DNA of 64,000 nt from Lingula anatina (GCA_051362555.1 CM120647.1:19258651-19322650), one strand, 5' to 3'; positions 12,401 to 27,339 are shown, counted from the stretch's first letter. The notes: generated by a model from the letters alone, not told the origin. Numbers and translations: made by a program.

Positions 12401-15400
12401 AAGTCCCAAGATTTGAAAGCTGCTGTGACAGAGATGATGATATTCAGTGTGTTTGTCATCTCACTGAGCATGAAATTAAGTATAAACTGCTCGCTGGACT
12501 GAAGTGACCTGAGGTCAACTCTGGTGACCAGCTGGTAAATATTTGGGAGTGGACATTACACACACAAACTAGTCTATATCACTGCCAGGGGAATATGTCT
12601 TTACCTTGGAGATTTAGGTTCAAATTATCATTCATGGGTGACTTGCATACATTTCAAAGGTCGCAAAGTGCACAGTTGTGTGTAGTACTTTGCTACAGAA
12701 TATGACTATTCCAAACAAAGGGCCAAAATAAAGGATAATAGAAAAAATATACAGAGGAAAAAACTGTGAAGTAATAAAGTAGATAGGTGATAATGGAAGT
12801 ATAAGTTTAGAGAGAGATATTGTAAATATTATGTGAAAAGGAGGAATAAAATTAACTAGTAAGTGATGACCAAGTTTAAACAAAACATCATCATGCTGTC
12901 AAAACGGGAAGAAAGAAAAAACTTTTTTTCAAAGTTTGGCTTAATAATAGTCTGACTACATGCATGTGGTGGAGAAAAGAATATTTCCCTGAGGTTGAAT
13001 TATTATTATGTACAGACACAGATGTGTCTGTACATATTGCCATCACCTGCGTCTGTCGTCGCCGATGGCGATGGCGATGGCGATGGCGATGGCGATGCCG
13101 ATGCCGATGCCGGCGCCGTGCACTTTCCTTGTAAACACGATAAGTGGATGGCAGTTTTACTTTTTGGCTTCATATTTACAGAGCTGATGAATATTCATAA
13201 AACGCAGGTCAAGTTCGAAAATCAGCATGATCGGGCCATTATTGTAGAAGTAATGCTGTTTTTTCACTTTTCAGCATATTTTTCACATTTCCTCAGATTC
13301 AATTCTTAGGCATGTTAACAGTCTCATTATTAAACTAATAAGATACGTAAAAGTTTTTGTTTGACATTTCCTGCATCTTTACAACATTGTTAGTTGATTT
13401 TGTAAAAATGATGGTAAACTTGTTATCGTGTATTGTGTAATTAAGTTTCAAAAATGGAAATAAACTCATATCATTACAGTTTGTCAGATTCAATCATTCA
13501 CTATGTTCAGAATCTCAGAATGGAAGAAATTGGACATTTAACACTGCTCTATTGATATTTTTCCCATCTCATCAATTTTCTTAGTTGATCATATAAAAAT
13601 GGCAGTAAACTGTTAATTTTGTTTTATGTTAAAAATTGTTAAAAATGGAAAAAAAAACATTTCAGAACAGTGCTGTCTTGTTTACATTTTGGCATTTTCA
13701 AGTTGTGACTTTGAAGTTCCATGGGCCTGAAGACCTTTGCTAGTCACATTTTCTGAATATCCATGATACAAATATTTTATTATTAAAAATTGATGGTCAT
13801 TATGCTGTTAAACATTATGTAATATTGCATCAAAATTTGAAAAAAAACCTATTTTGGGCACTGCTCCCATGATGACCATTTAAGAAAAACCATGTCACTT
13901 ACTGTTCTCAAACAGTACAGTAAATATATATAGATGTGTCTGTACATATTGCCATCACCTGCATCTGTCGTCCCCGTCATCGCCGTCGCTGGCGCCGTGC
14001 ACTTTCATTGTAAACACGATAAGTGGAAGGCAGCTTTACTTTTTGGCTTTATATTTACAGAGCTGATGAATATTCATAAAATGCAGGTCAAGTTCGAAAA
14101 TCAGCATGATCGGTTCATTATTGTAGAAGTTATGCTTAATTTTTCACTTTTCAGCATATATGCAACACTGTAAACACATTCCAAGGAAAACCGATTGGCC
14201 TGTTGTCATGAAACTCACAGGAGTAATCTATCTTACTACAACGCAGGTCAAGTTAGAAAATCGGCATGATCAGGCCACTATTTTAGTAGTTATGCTTTTT
14301 TTTCACTTTTCAGCATATATGCAACACTGTAAACACAATATAAGAAAAACAGATAGGCCAATTGTCATTAAACTCACAGGAGTGGTCAATCCTTCTAAAA
14401 CGCAGGTTGAGTTAAAAGATCAGCATAATCGGGCCATTATTTTAGAAGTTATGTTGTTTTTTCACATTTTCTCAGATTCAATTCTTAGGCATGTTAACAG
14501 TTTCATTATTTAATTAATAAGATATTAAAAGTGTTTGTTTGACATTTCCTGCATCTTTACAACATTGTTAGTTGATTTTGTAAAAATGATGGTTAATTTG
14601 TTATCGTGTATTGTGTAATAAAGTTTCAAAAATGGAAATAAACTCATATCATTGCAGTTTGTCAGATTCAATCATTCACTATGTTCAGAATCTCAGAATG
14701 GAGGAAATTGGACATTTAACACTGTTCTATTGATATTTTTCCCATCTCATCAATTTTTTTAGTTGATCATATAAAAATGGCAGTAAACTGTTAATTTTGT
14801 TTTATGTTAAAAATTGTTAAAAATGGAGAAAAAAAACCATTTCAGAACAGTGCTGTCTTGTTTACATTTTGGCATTTTCAAGTTGCGACTTTGAAGTTCC
14901 ATGGGCCTGAAGACCTTTGCTAGTCACATTTTATTATTAAAAATTGATGGTCATTATGCTGTTAAACATTATGTAATATTGCATCAAAATTTGAAAAAAA
15001 CCTATTTTGGGCACTGCTCCCATGATGACCATTTAAGAAAAACCATGTCACTTACTGTTCTCAAACTTACAGGAAAGAAACATGGGACTAAAATATAGCT
15101 TCAGTAGGCAATGCAATCTGCCAGTTAAACAGTTTTTTGTGAAATTTTAATTTTTCACATATTGGCATATTCAAGGTGTGACTTTGAAGCTCCACAGGCT
15201 TGAAGACCCATGCTTGTCACATTTTGTGAAAATCCATGATACATATATTTTATTATTAAAAATTGACGGTCATTATGCTGTTAACCATTATGTAATATTG
15301 CATCAGAATAGAAGAAAACACAATCTTGGGTGCTGCTGCCATGATGACCATTATGGGAAAACCATGTTACTTATGATTGCCAAACTTTCAAAAAAGAAAT

Positions 15401-17844
15401 ACAGGACTAAAATGCAGCCTGAGTTGGAAAAGCAGTCTAATTGACATCTTTTTCTGGAAGTTTTACATTTTCAAAGGGTGAACTTGAACTCCCATGGGCC
15501 TGAAGCCTTATGTTTGTTACACATTTTACCTGTTGAGCATAATTAGAATTTGATGTTGAATTTGCAGTTTAACATAATGTACTTTTGCATCAGAATTGAC
15601 AGTAGCCTATTTTGTTATTTCCTGCTTTTTGTCTGTACATTTGACAGCTTTGCTGCCTTGTTATATTTGTTGTTTAATTTGATATTTATAATTTTAGATT
15701 TCTATCAGAAAGGGAAACAGCAGACAGAAACTTTGCTCTTGCCTACTACATGAAGGAAAAGAAATGTTTTCCTGAGGGCACCAACCTTATGGAGACACTG
15801 GACTTTTATTTTCAGGTAAGGTTGCATAATAAATCCAGCCAAAGCTGATTTAAAATGCTTCATATTATTGATAAACTAAGTTTTACATTTTCAGTTTTAA
15901 AAAAAATCATGTTACATCTAAAGGTTTGGAGTGCATTTTTTGAATGATGTTCTATGTGTTCTTCATAGGTAAAAATTACAAGTCTAAGCCTTTCACATTA
16001 TTATTATTGTTGTTGTTGTTTTGTTGAAAGTATTTTTAAAAGGTTGATGATACTCATATTCCACAAAGCATTTTATAAAATATGCCACATAAGAATATAT
16101 AGAAATTATCAATATCATAATCATCATTATTTCAATTCCTTTTAGATGTGTTCTATAGAAATCACCTGCGAATCAGGAAGTGTCATGGCGGCCACTCTTG
16201 CTAACGGCGGTGTCTGTCCAATCACGGGAGACAAAGTTCTCAACCCTGTATCAGTGCGTAATACCCTGTGTCTGATGGCTTCCTGTGGGATGTATGATTA
16301 CTCTGGACAGTTTGCTTTTCAGGTACTTTGAGATAAAACTTTTGGACAGAAAATGTGTCTTGATGTGATAGTTTTGCTCACATTATCCAACTTTTTTTCA
16401 AAAATTTAATTCAAATTGATTTTAGTGGGCTACGGTGTTGGATTGAAATATACCGATTTTGAAATATGTTATGTGATGTATGGATGTACTGAAGAAGTAT
16501 TTTTATGGTGCACACCTTTTCATCTTAATACATTTTTGGTATTAGTTTTATGTTTTATATTTTGAATTTCTAATTTGTGATCTAAGACTTGTAAAAGCAT
16601 TTTTCAATACTGTACCAGTAAAAACTTTTTTTTCATTTTAACACATTTTAACATATTTTTTCATGATAATAAAAAAAATACATTTTGTGGGATTATTTTA
16701 CCATTTTGAAAAATACTGAATAGTGCTTGAAAATCTAATTCTTAAATTTATAACAAACAACAAGTATTTAAGTACAATTAATTAACAATATTTCAAAACC
16801 CGTCTCTCTGCAAGATCAATGCAAATGTATGGTCAGCTCACATACCATTAACATGTAGTAATTTTCCTTTTAGTGCGGGATCCCTGCTAAGTCAGGGGTC
16901 TCCGGCGCCATCTTGGTTGTAGTGCCGAATGTCATGGGGCTGTGTTTGTGGTCGCCGCCTCTGGACAACCTGGGGAACAGCGTCAGGGGAATTCAGTTTG
17001 CCAAGGTAGGGAGTTTGTATGACAGGTAATAGTCTTCTCCTTCTTCTTGGTTGTCTGACGCTTGCAGATTTAGCATCTCCTGCATCATCCATCTCGATTT
17101 TCAGCTTTCATTGTATGTAATAATACTGCATACACATATCATATATAAGACAAGATGTGATAGGCTATCCCGGCCTTACTACTAGTACTAGTAGACATAA
17201 GGTTTTTTATGGAATCACTGTTTAGAGATTCTTATAGGATGTAAGGTGGCCAAGACTTTCAGTCCATATATTGTACGTTGTCTTGAGACAGAGATTCAGT
17301 TTTTTTTTTATCCCAGGCTCTTGTGTACCCTGCTTTAAGGATTTCATTTTGTTCTCCACATGATGAGTACAACTGAAGTTTTCTCATAAAAATTTTTAAT
17401 GAAATATTCTTTAAGAATTTTGTATACAGTAGATGAACTTTTCTTACAGAAGGATTAAAAAATTATTAATTTATGTATTCCTAACAAAATTCATACAATA
17501 CAACAGGCATGCACTAGTTGAATTTACTACTATATCTGATCTGTTCTTTTCATTAATTAGGAATTTGTGAACACCTTCCACTTCCACAACTTTGACAGCA
17601 TGGTTCAAGATTCCAATAAGCATGACCCCAGGAGGAAGAGGTTTGACAGCAAAGCCATGGAGATCACCAGACTGCTGTATGCTGCTTACAACGGAGATGT
17701 TACTGCATTGAGGAGGTGAGAGTGAGAGGGGTGGGAGAGAGAGAGGGAGAGCTTTGTATGTATGAGGGAGAGGGAGGGAGAGCTTTGTGTGTCTAAGAGA
17801 CAGAGAGGGATAAAGAGAGAGAGAGAGAGGGAAAGTTTTGTGTG

Positions 17845-17879
<35 letters not shown>

Positions 17880-18670
17880 GGAGAGAGGGGTGGGAAGGAA
17901 GGGAAGGTTTTATTGTCTTGTTTTTATTATTATTATTATCTTTTTTATTGGGCAAGTTAGTTACTGCTGAGGCAAAGAAAATGTGTGACAAAATTAATTT
18001 GATATTTTCATAAATGATTTCAAACAAATAATTAATACTAAAGAAACACCAGCAGGTAAATTGATTTAAAAATATTTGATTGAATTGAAATCTTAACAAA
18101 AGTGCTTCTGTATCAGATTTATTTATTAGAAATCACATCTTAAAGAAATATCAACCCAGCGTTAAAATATCTATAAAAATCACAAGATAAGAAATAATGT
18201 AAACCATGTTTGTACCAGGTGTGCATTGATCAATATGGACCTGGCTCAGGGGGACTATGACTTACGGACAGCACTGCACGTGGCAGCAGCCGAGGGTCAC
18301 CAAGATGTCATACAGTTTTTGTTGGAGAGGTGTCAAGTGCCTTGTAATCCTAAGGATAGGTAAGACTTATACAGGTACATCCTGGAGACAGTCAACATAA
18401 ATTTTGCACCATAGACGCCTATATACACATATGCATGCTCACATACACTTGTGCACACATGAAAAGATTTGCACATTCATACATACGTGTGCACACACAC
18501 TGACACAGACACACACACACACATGTGCACACACACACACTGACAAACACACACACACACACACACACTGACAAACACACACACACACACACACACTGAC
18601 AAACACACACACACCCGCACACACACACACACAGACACACACACACACACAGGCACACACACACACAGGC

Positions 18671-18711
<41 letters not shown>

Positions 18712-18869
18712 CACACTCACAAAGTTTCAGATCAACACAATCAGAAGTTGCACAACTAACACATCCAGGAAATATTATGTTTAGAATTATAATAATCATA
18801 TAACAAAATACAAGTACCGGTATAGAACACTGCAATGGCAGTAAACTATTTTTTGTACAAACCTGGTAT

Positions 18870-18904
<35 letters not shown>

Positions 18905-19047
18905 TATTTAGGTGGGGGTTCACCCCTCTAGATGAGGCCAGAAGGTTCAACCACCCCAGGGTGGCTGAGATGCTGGAGGCTGCCATTAAACATGAGGAGA
19001 GAGATGCTGGACGCGGTGAAGAAATGTTGGGTCTCCAAAATGACTAA
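1958..19047 (+). CDS. GLS: Glutaminase (kidney-type, KGA-like, C-terminal ankyrin repeats); 5'-partial, 13 exons in window
   Basis: GT-AG exons join in one frame (~538 aa): 1958-2048, 2737-2876, 3192-3324, 4137-4216, 5156-5319, 5504-5595, 6020-6078, 15698-15815, 16146-16322, 16874-17005, 17561-17715, 18219-18359, 18912-19047 (TAA). Motifs: [28 protein letters not shown], catalytic SxxK in [53 protein letters not shown], ankyrin [16 protein letters not shown] and [11 protein letters not shown]. The first exon(s) lie upstream of the window. Confidence 0.97.
4165..4890 (+). repeat. Minisatellite made of the 3' half of a GLS coding exon, its 5' splice site and (TG)n
   Basis: AACCCTGATTACTGGGG(C/T)GTGTCTTCTTGTACCATAGA(C/T)GGACAGAG|GTATAG occurs five times (donor GT at 4217, 4310, 4407, 4518, 4621). 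Degenerate copies at ~4651 and ~4861. Units are separated by TG runs of variable length. Confidence 0.95.
6330..11894. mobile_element. Foldback-type DNA transposon, ~780-bp near-perfect TIRs, 5-bp TSD CAGTA
   Basis: 6330-7106 is the reverse complement of 11116-11894 (only a couple of substitutions and a G/C-run length difference seen). CAGTA flanks both ends (6325-6329, 11895-11899). A second, more diverged inverted pair lies inside (~7314-7553 / ~10705-10948). Confidence 0.9.
9840..10610 (-). pseudogene. Degenerate 5'-truncated non-LTR retrotransposon ORF2 C-terminus (CR1/L2-like group)
   Basis: Three overlapping frameshifted ORFs give [29 protein letters not shown] and [31 protein letters not shown], typical of the LINE region downstream of RT with its terminal zinc-binding motif. 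Confidence 0.8.
13008..15662 (+). mobile_element. Helentron-associated interspersed element (HINE/DINE-1-like) with internal duplication and ~160-bp tandem repeats
   Basis: 5' subTIR plus IR hairpin ATGTACAGACACA-G-ATGTGTCTGTACAT (13008-13035); (GATGGC)n microsatellite; ~160-bp repeats at ~14083, 14243, 14402; 3' subTIR TGTCTGTACAT (15630-15640) followed by stem-loop CAGC-TTT-GCTG and a T-rich flank. 13020-13914 is duplicated at 13932-15066. Confidence 0.8.
18490..18720. repeat. Imperfect (CA)n microsatellite in GLS intron
   Basis: Directly visible; it generates the spurious Cys/Val ORFs in the ORF track. Confidence 0.95.
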
Positions 19048-20578
19048 CATCCTAGCAATGATCAGTCAGAACATACGACATGTTTGTGTTTGGAAATGTG
19101 ATGTACTTGGGCAGCAGACGATAAAAGTTGGATTGTTTGAGTTACTGCTTAAGGCAATAAAAGTAACAATATTTTGGGTATGATATTAATATTTAAGAAC
19201 AGTATTCATCTCAGTCATTTATAAAACTTGCATAATATACATGTTGGTGTTAACTATTTGACTTTAGTTTTAGATTTAGATTTAAGTCATTATCTAAAAA
19301 GTTCAAAGTATATAAAAAAAGCAAAATGCAGTACAATGTATTATTTATAATAGAAGAAAAACATAAAAGGTTATGTCTTTTTTTGTGTTATTTTTTTCAG
19401 TGTCTCATTTATATTGTTGAATACTAACTTACAGAGTGTTTGATGATTTAGCTTTTTTTAGGCTTAATAGTTTGATGAAAGGGACATATAGACTTTAAAA
19501 TGGTCATTTGTATTGTTACATGTACACAGTATATCAGGTATAAAACAAACATCAGACCTCTGATAAAAGTGATATTTTTTATTCTGTTCACTATTTCAGT
19601 GTATATTTTATTCTGCACTGGTTGTCACTAATTTTACTCTTTTATATACATATAGGAGGGCCAGTTCTCAAAATACTGCTGTTAATACTAATTTTCCCCT
19701 AGTATTGATAAGAACACATGTACCTGTGAATTGTTATACACGGAATAAGCACACATTGACAGGGTATTGAAATAAATGGAAATATATTGAATTTTTTTCA
19801 CCTAACAAGTGTTCAGAAGTATTTTACACATGTTACGTTTTTTAAGCAACTGATAATATAATTTATATATAGATAATATTAACATTTCAGGTTTGCCCCA
19901 CGTTATTTCATAATCTTTATACAGTCTTTATTTTAGTGTCTCACTCTGGCTGATCTAAAATATGGCTTGGATACATAATTTAATACATCCTTATTATTAC
20001 TCTTCTTACATCTACTTCTACTGCCAAAATACAAACTGTATAATCAAAACTAAAACATGTTGAAGGGGTCTTAAAATGCTACCTCACATTTTTTTCTTAT
20101 TTCTATATAGTTCAGTTATGTAGAATTAAAGATGGTGAATGTTATCTGTTATTGTGAAAAGTCGAGTTCTCATCATACATATGAGAATCTGCCTTCTTAG
20201 AGTGGTATGTAAATTGATATTCTCTACATCGTGATTTGTACAGAATTTGCCAAATAATGGTTGAAAAGTTTAAGTTTACTCTTTAAGTTAATAGTTCATT
20301 TTTTTTTTTTTTTGTGCCGTTCTTCAATTTTCAGCATTGCAATAATGAGCCATGTTGTACATGTATGCGCCACTTCTCACAAGAATATTTCGTACTTCAC
20401 GCTGTTAAGTTTATTTGCTCAACTTAACTGTTTACTTTATATCTTATTTTATTTGCAAACATTAGCTGTTAAACCCCAAAAAATGACTTGCAGTATTTGA
20501 TTGGGGAAGGATTTTGTGAATATAGTATCTGCAATTGAACATGTACATACTGTGGTAAAATGGTCTTACTTTTGAAGC

Positions 20579-20609
<31 letters not shown>

Positions 20610-23600
20610 CGGATGCAGTGTATTTACGCTGGCAATAAAAAATGAATAAAATCTTTCTTTATAAACTGATTTATGCTTATTTCTGGCGAAACATACAAGG
20701 AGGACCGTGTTTTACATGTCACCGCAGTGGGTTTTGACACTGGAGATTTTATCTTTTAAAAACTTTTTAGAGTTAAGTATTTAAGACAAGGTCTGAAGTT
20801 CACGCTCTGAGCATAGCCTTTATGTAGCAAGCAACGGTTTCATTTCTATGGAAATTGCAGGGATTTCATTCCTTTAACTAACAAACAAAAAGAACTTTTA
20901 TCATATTCCGTTTTTTTAATCGGGACTCGAGCATAAATTTCAAAATACAGTTATAGCGGGTTTGATATTTTACGGAATCCAATGTCAGCCTTAAATAATG
21001 GAATTATATAAAACTGTGAGGCACTTTCGTATTTTTTCTACGTTTGTGAATTTTAATCATTGTCTAATGTCAAAGGATCAAGTGATTTAATAAATAATAG
21101 CGGCACAGTTATAGTGCAGTAACAATCTACAGTGGAATTTTTGATATAAAAAACATTGATCGAAAACCTAGTTACAAGTTATGAAATTCAAGTGGTGCAA
21201 GGAGAACCTGCTATTTATTAAAATAAGTGCTCATATTCGGGGCGGTTAAATACGAATATGTATGAGATGTATATGTTAGTTACTTGATACGCTTTTTTGG
21301 TCTAACGTTTGAACAGTTAATGAAAAAGTGACAAAGGGTCAGATTATAACATATTGTGATAATTTCCCTTTCCTTGACTTAAATTTGTTGGTAAATCTGT
21401 GTTTAGATTTACACGAAAACGTGAACTCGGCTCGTTTCGTATAGTACGTCTCGAATTTACTCTATCCACATTTTAGCAACCTGCAATAATTTAGATCATT
21501 ATTTCATTTCTTAGGGGCACATTTTAGCTAAAAATACAATCATCTTTCCGTTTTGCTGCATCTGAACACGAAGTGATCCAGAGGAGGGTCTGATCCGGCG
21601 CAACAGGGATGTGTAAACGGGCTTTAATGCGCAAGAACGTTGATTATCAACAAACGCATTGTTCCACCCGTGCGCTTGCATTCCCCACAGGTAATGTAAA
21701 TAGCGGGGCATTTCACGTCCCATCATTAAAAAATCAAAACACTTTGCACGCCTGATCGATCCGAAAGGCTGCCCTTTTATCAGTGTAACAATGACTACCC
21801 CTCCTGAAACGGTGCTCTGGTTTTACAACAATATCTAACAAAAACCTGCTAATTTATATTTTGCCCCGCGTGGAGTATTTCTGCCATTGTTCAAGTTAAT
21901 GAACACTTTTTCATACCGTCACGCAGAAGTACGGATCAATACTTCTTCAACATACCACATTTTTCCGTGGCAGCAGCTTTTTACAAATCATGTTTGCCGA
22001 TAATTATCTAAAACAAATATTGCACCCATTTCCAGTTTTCTGAGGCCATGTCCGGAAATGTGGTTTTTCGAACAGCATTAAAATCGTACGCACTTCACAG
22101 CAAGTTATTTTTTGTCCAACATTGGCTAGAAATATTTGGCGAAGAGACACTTAAAGAGAATAAAGTTTTCGTTGAGAAAGTTCAAATTATCTCAGCTTTA
22201 ATCCTTAATATACAGTACATTATATAATGGGGATCATAATTAAGTATGATTATCGTATTTTGACACCGCGATTCAGACAAAGTTGAAGAAGTCCTCATTC
22301 ATTTTTTTTTTACATTATTCAGTTGGCAACTTGGTATTATAATTTCTTTTGTCCTGACAATATGAAATAAATGTAAATGCAAAGGAACGAATAAATGAAA
22401 TAAAACTGAATTAAACCAACGGAATGGACATATGAATAATGAAATAAAAGTAAAAACTATGTATAGAATTGCACCTGGTCTCTCAAGGCTTGGAAAACCT
22501 TGACCTCTGCCCTTTGTTTAAAAAGTCATAACATGCTCCAACATTCGGTCACGGTGTTCCAATCAGTGGAAGTACCGTCAATACCCCGGTGTGTACTTAG
22601 AGCACCCTGGGGTCAACGGGGTCAGAGCGCATGCGCTATGTTGACTACCTAGGCCACCAGGGGTCTTTAGCCTTAATGGGGCCTTTTTTTCTCAATATTC
22701 CTTCTGTGACGATGTCATGGCGAACGGAGCTTTCTTGCTTTCTTTTATTTCTTTGGCATTCTAATAAAATACACATATAAGATCTACTGGTAAATATATT
22801 ACTTAGATGCCAGAGACAATATTCACTCCTCCTTTAAGCCGGTTTTTGATGCTGTGAGGTTATCTGATAATGCTGATACTCGCAGACAGAAAAAGAATGA
22901 AGGAATAAACTTTTGGCTCGAAAATTGACCAAAAATTGATTGAATTGTACACAGAAAGGGCTCAGTAAGCTTGGCATTGTCGTCATGGAGAAGCGAGAGC
23001 ACACTTTGAGTTTGTTTGACAATTTGAGGATTGAAACATTTAAGCGTGCATTTTATCAAAATAACAATAATAATGATAATGATGATTCATTAGATAATGT
23101 TGACGTTATATTTAAGACCCAGCTAGCTTAACTATTTGTATCTGCCTTTATTCTCTTTAAAGCCTTAAGCTTTGAGTATTGTACAGAAGAGGATAAATGT
23201 TCAAATCTCACCCCTCCTGGGTCTTAACTCTATTGCTATCCACGATTTTATAAAGTTCAAATGTTTAATTGGACCAAAATTAAACAACAATGCTTCTAAT
23301 GAATATACTTTTGACATGAACATCCGAAACATTTACTTAGGTTTTCAACAAATAAATCATTCATTACGGTTTAAAATGATACAGACCTCTGCAGGACCCT
23401 ACATTGAAACACGACCCACTGTGTAACAATAAGGTTACGCAACCTAACTTAGAGAGCGTTTTAGACTTTAAATGCAAGTAAAATCGTTACACTTCTTTAA
23501 GCCTTTGTGGCAATGTTGTCACAAGTTTGTAAAGCGGGGTACTTTGGCACGCTCTTTGTGAACCGCTTCAAAACGATACAAGTCGCATTGAATGCATTTC

Positions 23601-24996
23601 CTTGTTGATAAAATCAATATTTCTGAGCGCGTTACAATCGTGCTCGCTTACCGAGGAATAACAATCGGGATAAGGGACGCAATGTTTTAAAACACACCTC
23701 GTACCACAAAAGTAACGGGGTATTGAATGCAGTGGCTCAGCTGTTCTGTTTGTGTAGGCTTTTCTATAAAAGATTTAAGTTGCTTTTATAATTCAGCAAG
23801 AAATGTATGTGTGCCTCTAGAATACTGCCTGGTGGATCACGGGAGGGGGTGACCGTTGAGAAAATAGTTAAAACCTCAGGATGACACTAAAGGCTCATTC
23901 CCAACGAAAGTCGTTCTACTTAGATCGATCTAACTCTGTTGAATGAAATATGATTAACAGATAAAGCACGCCTTCTCCCGTTTCTAACCCTAATTCGGAG
24001 AAAGGGCATTGAGATGAAGGAAGTTTTACATTTTCCATCCAGGTTAACATTTTTTTTAACTCAAAGGTTTATTTTCATGGTTCACTATGAAGGGGAACCG
24101 ACGTTGTTATTGCTTAATATTTTCAAATTTGCGGAAATGAATGAATGATTATATAAAAAGAAATCTAGAAATAAAAAAGTAAACAGTCGAACTGAACTTT
24201 CCAAATTCTCAAACCACCCAGCAGGGCTCCAATAGCGTCCCGATCGGTTTCACCGCAAACTTAACCGTTGCTATGCGTATTAAATCCCTCATTCCTCATT
24301 AATCATGATTAAATCAGCGTCTCATGGCCAGGTACGACAAGGGTACACGCATTCACCTTTGTATTACTTGGGGAAGATTAACGGGAGTCTATTTAATGTG
24401 ACAAATAGTCACTGTGGACTAACATTGTAAATACTTAACGAGAAAACAATTCAGAAAACCACAATTGTCTCCAGTGGTAGGCAATGATTGATAATCCTTA
24501 GGATTAAGGTTACATTTGAATCCTAAACCCACAGTCACAGTAACAGATGCTTGCTTACATGACTGAACAATTATTAAGATATTTCTGAAACTAATATGAA
24601 ATTAATTCTTACTCCGGCGAATGTAAATCGATTTTCTTCTCTTTTGCCTCTTTAAAAATCTTTTCAGTGTTTTATTTTAAAATCAGCCTCATTTATTATT
24701 ATTATTATTAACTGAAATCAAAACAAAATCTTATTACCAACTCAAATGTCCTAATGTTTCTCTCAGTGCGTCGTCCTTCACCCGCCCCCCCAAGAAAAAT
24801 ACGACCAGCAGTTTGGTTACTCAGAAGGCTCGTGCTCTATAATAATGTCTCTAACGCAAACAAACAGTACTCTGTAACAGTAACGTGTCCACACCGTCCC
24901 ACCGACAACAACTGTGAGTGAACCAGACATTATAACAGGGACAAGATCAATACATTCGCGGAAACGGAGAAAGAAACAAAAGGCTAGTGGCTAATA

Positions 24997-26090
24997 ATGA
25001 TGGGAACAATTGGACAAATGTAAGTACACAGGTTGAAGGGCTGATATATATATATACGTAGTCCAGACTGCTGTAGTATTTCATATATTTATACCTTAAC
25101 TGTCAGCTTGTATTATGAGGGTAGTTCAGAAATATACTTGTTTGGGGGCGGTTTCCGTATCGTATTAAGCCACCTAAGTGTATTTATAACAAAATTTAAG
25201 TGACTATCGGTGACTGTATGCGTAGTTAACGCATGGTATGTACAATACATGTTTAGGGGCGGTAAGATTTCAGATTTATGAGCTCACAAGTATGCCTAGA
25301 ACCACCAGCATGTGTTTTAGATGTATCAAGTTTCCACACTGGGGGGAATGAATGGCTACTATTACGTTAATTTATCACGCATCGTGTGTATAACGGTTGC
25401 CAAGCAGCTTTTTTGCCGGCCGTAGGTTTCAAACATTGACACTGACTTTAAAGACTCCAGATTTTGGCGTGTTTCGGGTGTTTCTGGACTATAATGAGTA
25501 GACCTATCGGCTGACCTAAACCATCCCAATGCTAGTCAATACCAACGACGTGCCAGTATAACCACAATCTTCTGGACACAAAATTCACCAGGCATCTGCC
25601 CAAAAGAACAAGAAAATGCGTGAGAGACTACGGGGGGCTATACACCAGGGAAAAAATAGGATGTGGTATATGTTAATGGCTTAGGTGTAGTGAAAAGCTG
25701 TTTATAGGTTTGGAGAAAGAAGAAGCCAAAGTTCACCGACTTCTTCCAGAGAAAGAAACAGATTATTCTTTAAACGGCGTCAAACAGGCAGAGAGAATGA
25801 GTTTTCCTGTAAGGAGAGAGAAAGGGAGATATACTCGGTCTTGCACGGAATGGAGGGCAGATCCCACGCCGTATGTCATTGTTTTTTAGCTAATTATTAT
25901 CAAAGTGAGAAATGTACATTTATTTACATGTGATAATGCTTACATTCGATTAACTCTACGGTTATCATATGCACGCATGCATAAGCGATCGAATGCACGC
26001 AGACGCGCACACAGTTGCTGCTTCATTTTACATTTAATCACGCACACACACTCACACACACGCTCTCTCTCTCTCTCTCTTTCTCTTGAA

Positions 26091-26122
<32 letters not shown>

Positions 26123-27295
26123 AACACAAACGCACACTCGATGGACAATGTGCTGTTCTTTATTTAGTTATTCTAAATCATTTTATTGTATTCCGTGTAT
26201 TCGGTATTCCGCTATATCTGGTCGTCGTCACCCTGGCGTCAGAGATCACTGGGCTCACCTCTCACTCCTCCTGTTTCCATATACATGTATAATTAGATTG
26301 GACAGTCTCCAGTCAGTTGTGAATCTCCGGGTTGTCGTGATTGGTCTGGCTTCGATTTCCCCGACAATCATATTGAACGGTTCGCAGTTTGTAGTATTTC
26401 CCTAATCAATATTTCATCGATATTTTGTTATTGAGACTCTGACATTTGACACTAAATGATCAAGGGTTGCCTAGTTTCATGGGCCTAGTGTAGTCTGAAA
26501 ATGTGTCTTTAGTTACTTTTAGAGAAACATTTTAGTTTACCCATGATAATTTAATTAATTAGATCTGCTACATCTATTTTATGACACCAAAGAAGTGGCG
26601 TATGCTTAAGACCAATACTATAACTGCATTTTAACTACTTTTGATTTACCTTAGCTGGAACTGAAGTAGGCCATTTTTATCGTGAAATTTGGTCTAATTT
26701 TAGGGCTAAAATCACTTGGTGAAACCAGTCGCTGTATGTATAGGTATATTGTGAATCATTAATTACCTGATATCACTTTACGTTCTCTTGACGTGATTTG
26801 AGAAAAAATGACCTATTAATGGGGAAGGTATATACTTCCCGGTTGCCTTTTACACAGTGCTGGATCCGGGTCGGGGGGGGGGGGGGGGGGGGGGGGTTCA
26901 GAAGGATCAGAATAATTTGGCCCCTTCTCTAATCATATACGAAAAATTAGACGAGGACATTTTCATGAGAATGCTTAAGAAACAAGATCGGAAAATTTGT
27001 CTGAATTCGTCACTTTTTGCGTATTATATTGAGGGAGAGGAGGAGGATAAGAGGATATCTCCAAATGTAAAAAATCCCCTCTCGCTGATCCGCCATAGTA
27101 ATGTATATAAATGTGCTGGAGATATTGGAGAAAATGGACCGAGGGCTGTGGTGAAATACAATAAAACCGTTAAGAATTACACAATAGATCTGTTGACTTG
27201 TGAAGTAATGAGATTTATTTATTTATTCATCTATTTATAATAAAATACTAAGAGGGTTACCACTTTCGGACCTGGCACTAAATAGTTAGTTAAGC

Positions 27296-27339
<44 letters not shown>

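Noticed and set aside
12995-15444. Cluster of medium ORFs with repeated [10 protein letters not shown]-like motif
   Set aside because: Translations of the non-coding HINE tandem repeats; frames are not conserved between copies.
17686-18835. ORFs rich in CV, ER or SL dipeptides (also near 158, 4315-5127, 25905-26405, 27544-27984)
   Set aside because: Translations of (TA)n, (CA)n and (GA)n microsatellites or purine-rich low-complexity intron sequence.
25708-25808. Exon-like purine-rich segment with AG and GTAAGG boundaries in ankyrin gene intron 1
   Set aside because: No reading frame gives phases compatible with the flanking exons; it could be a UTR or alternative exon but is unsupported.
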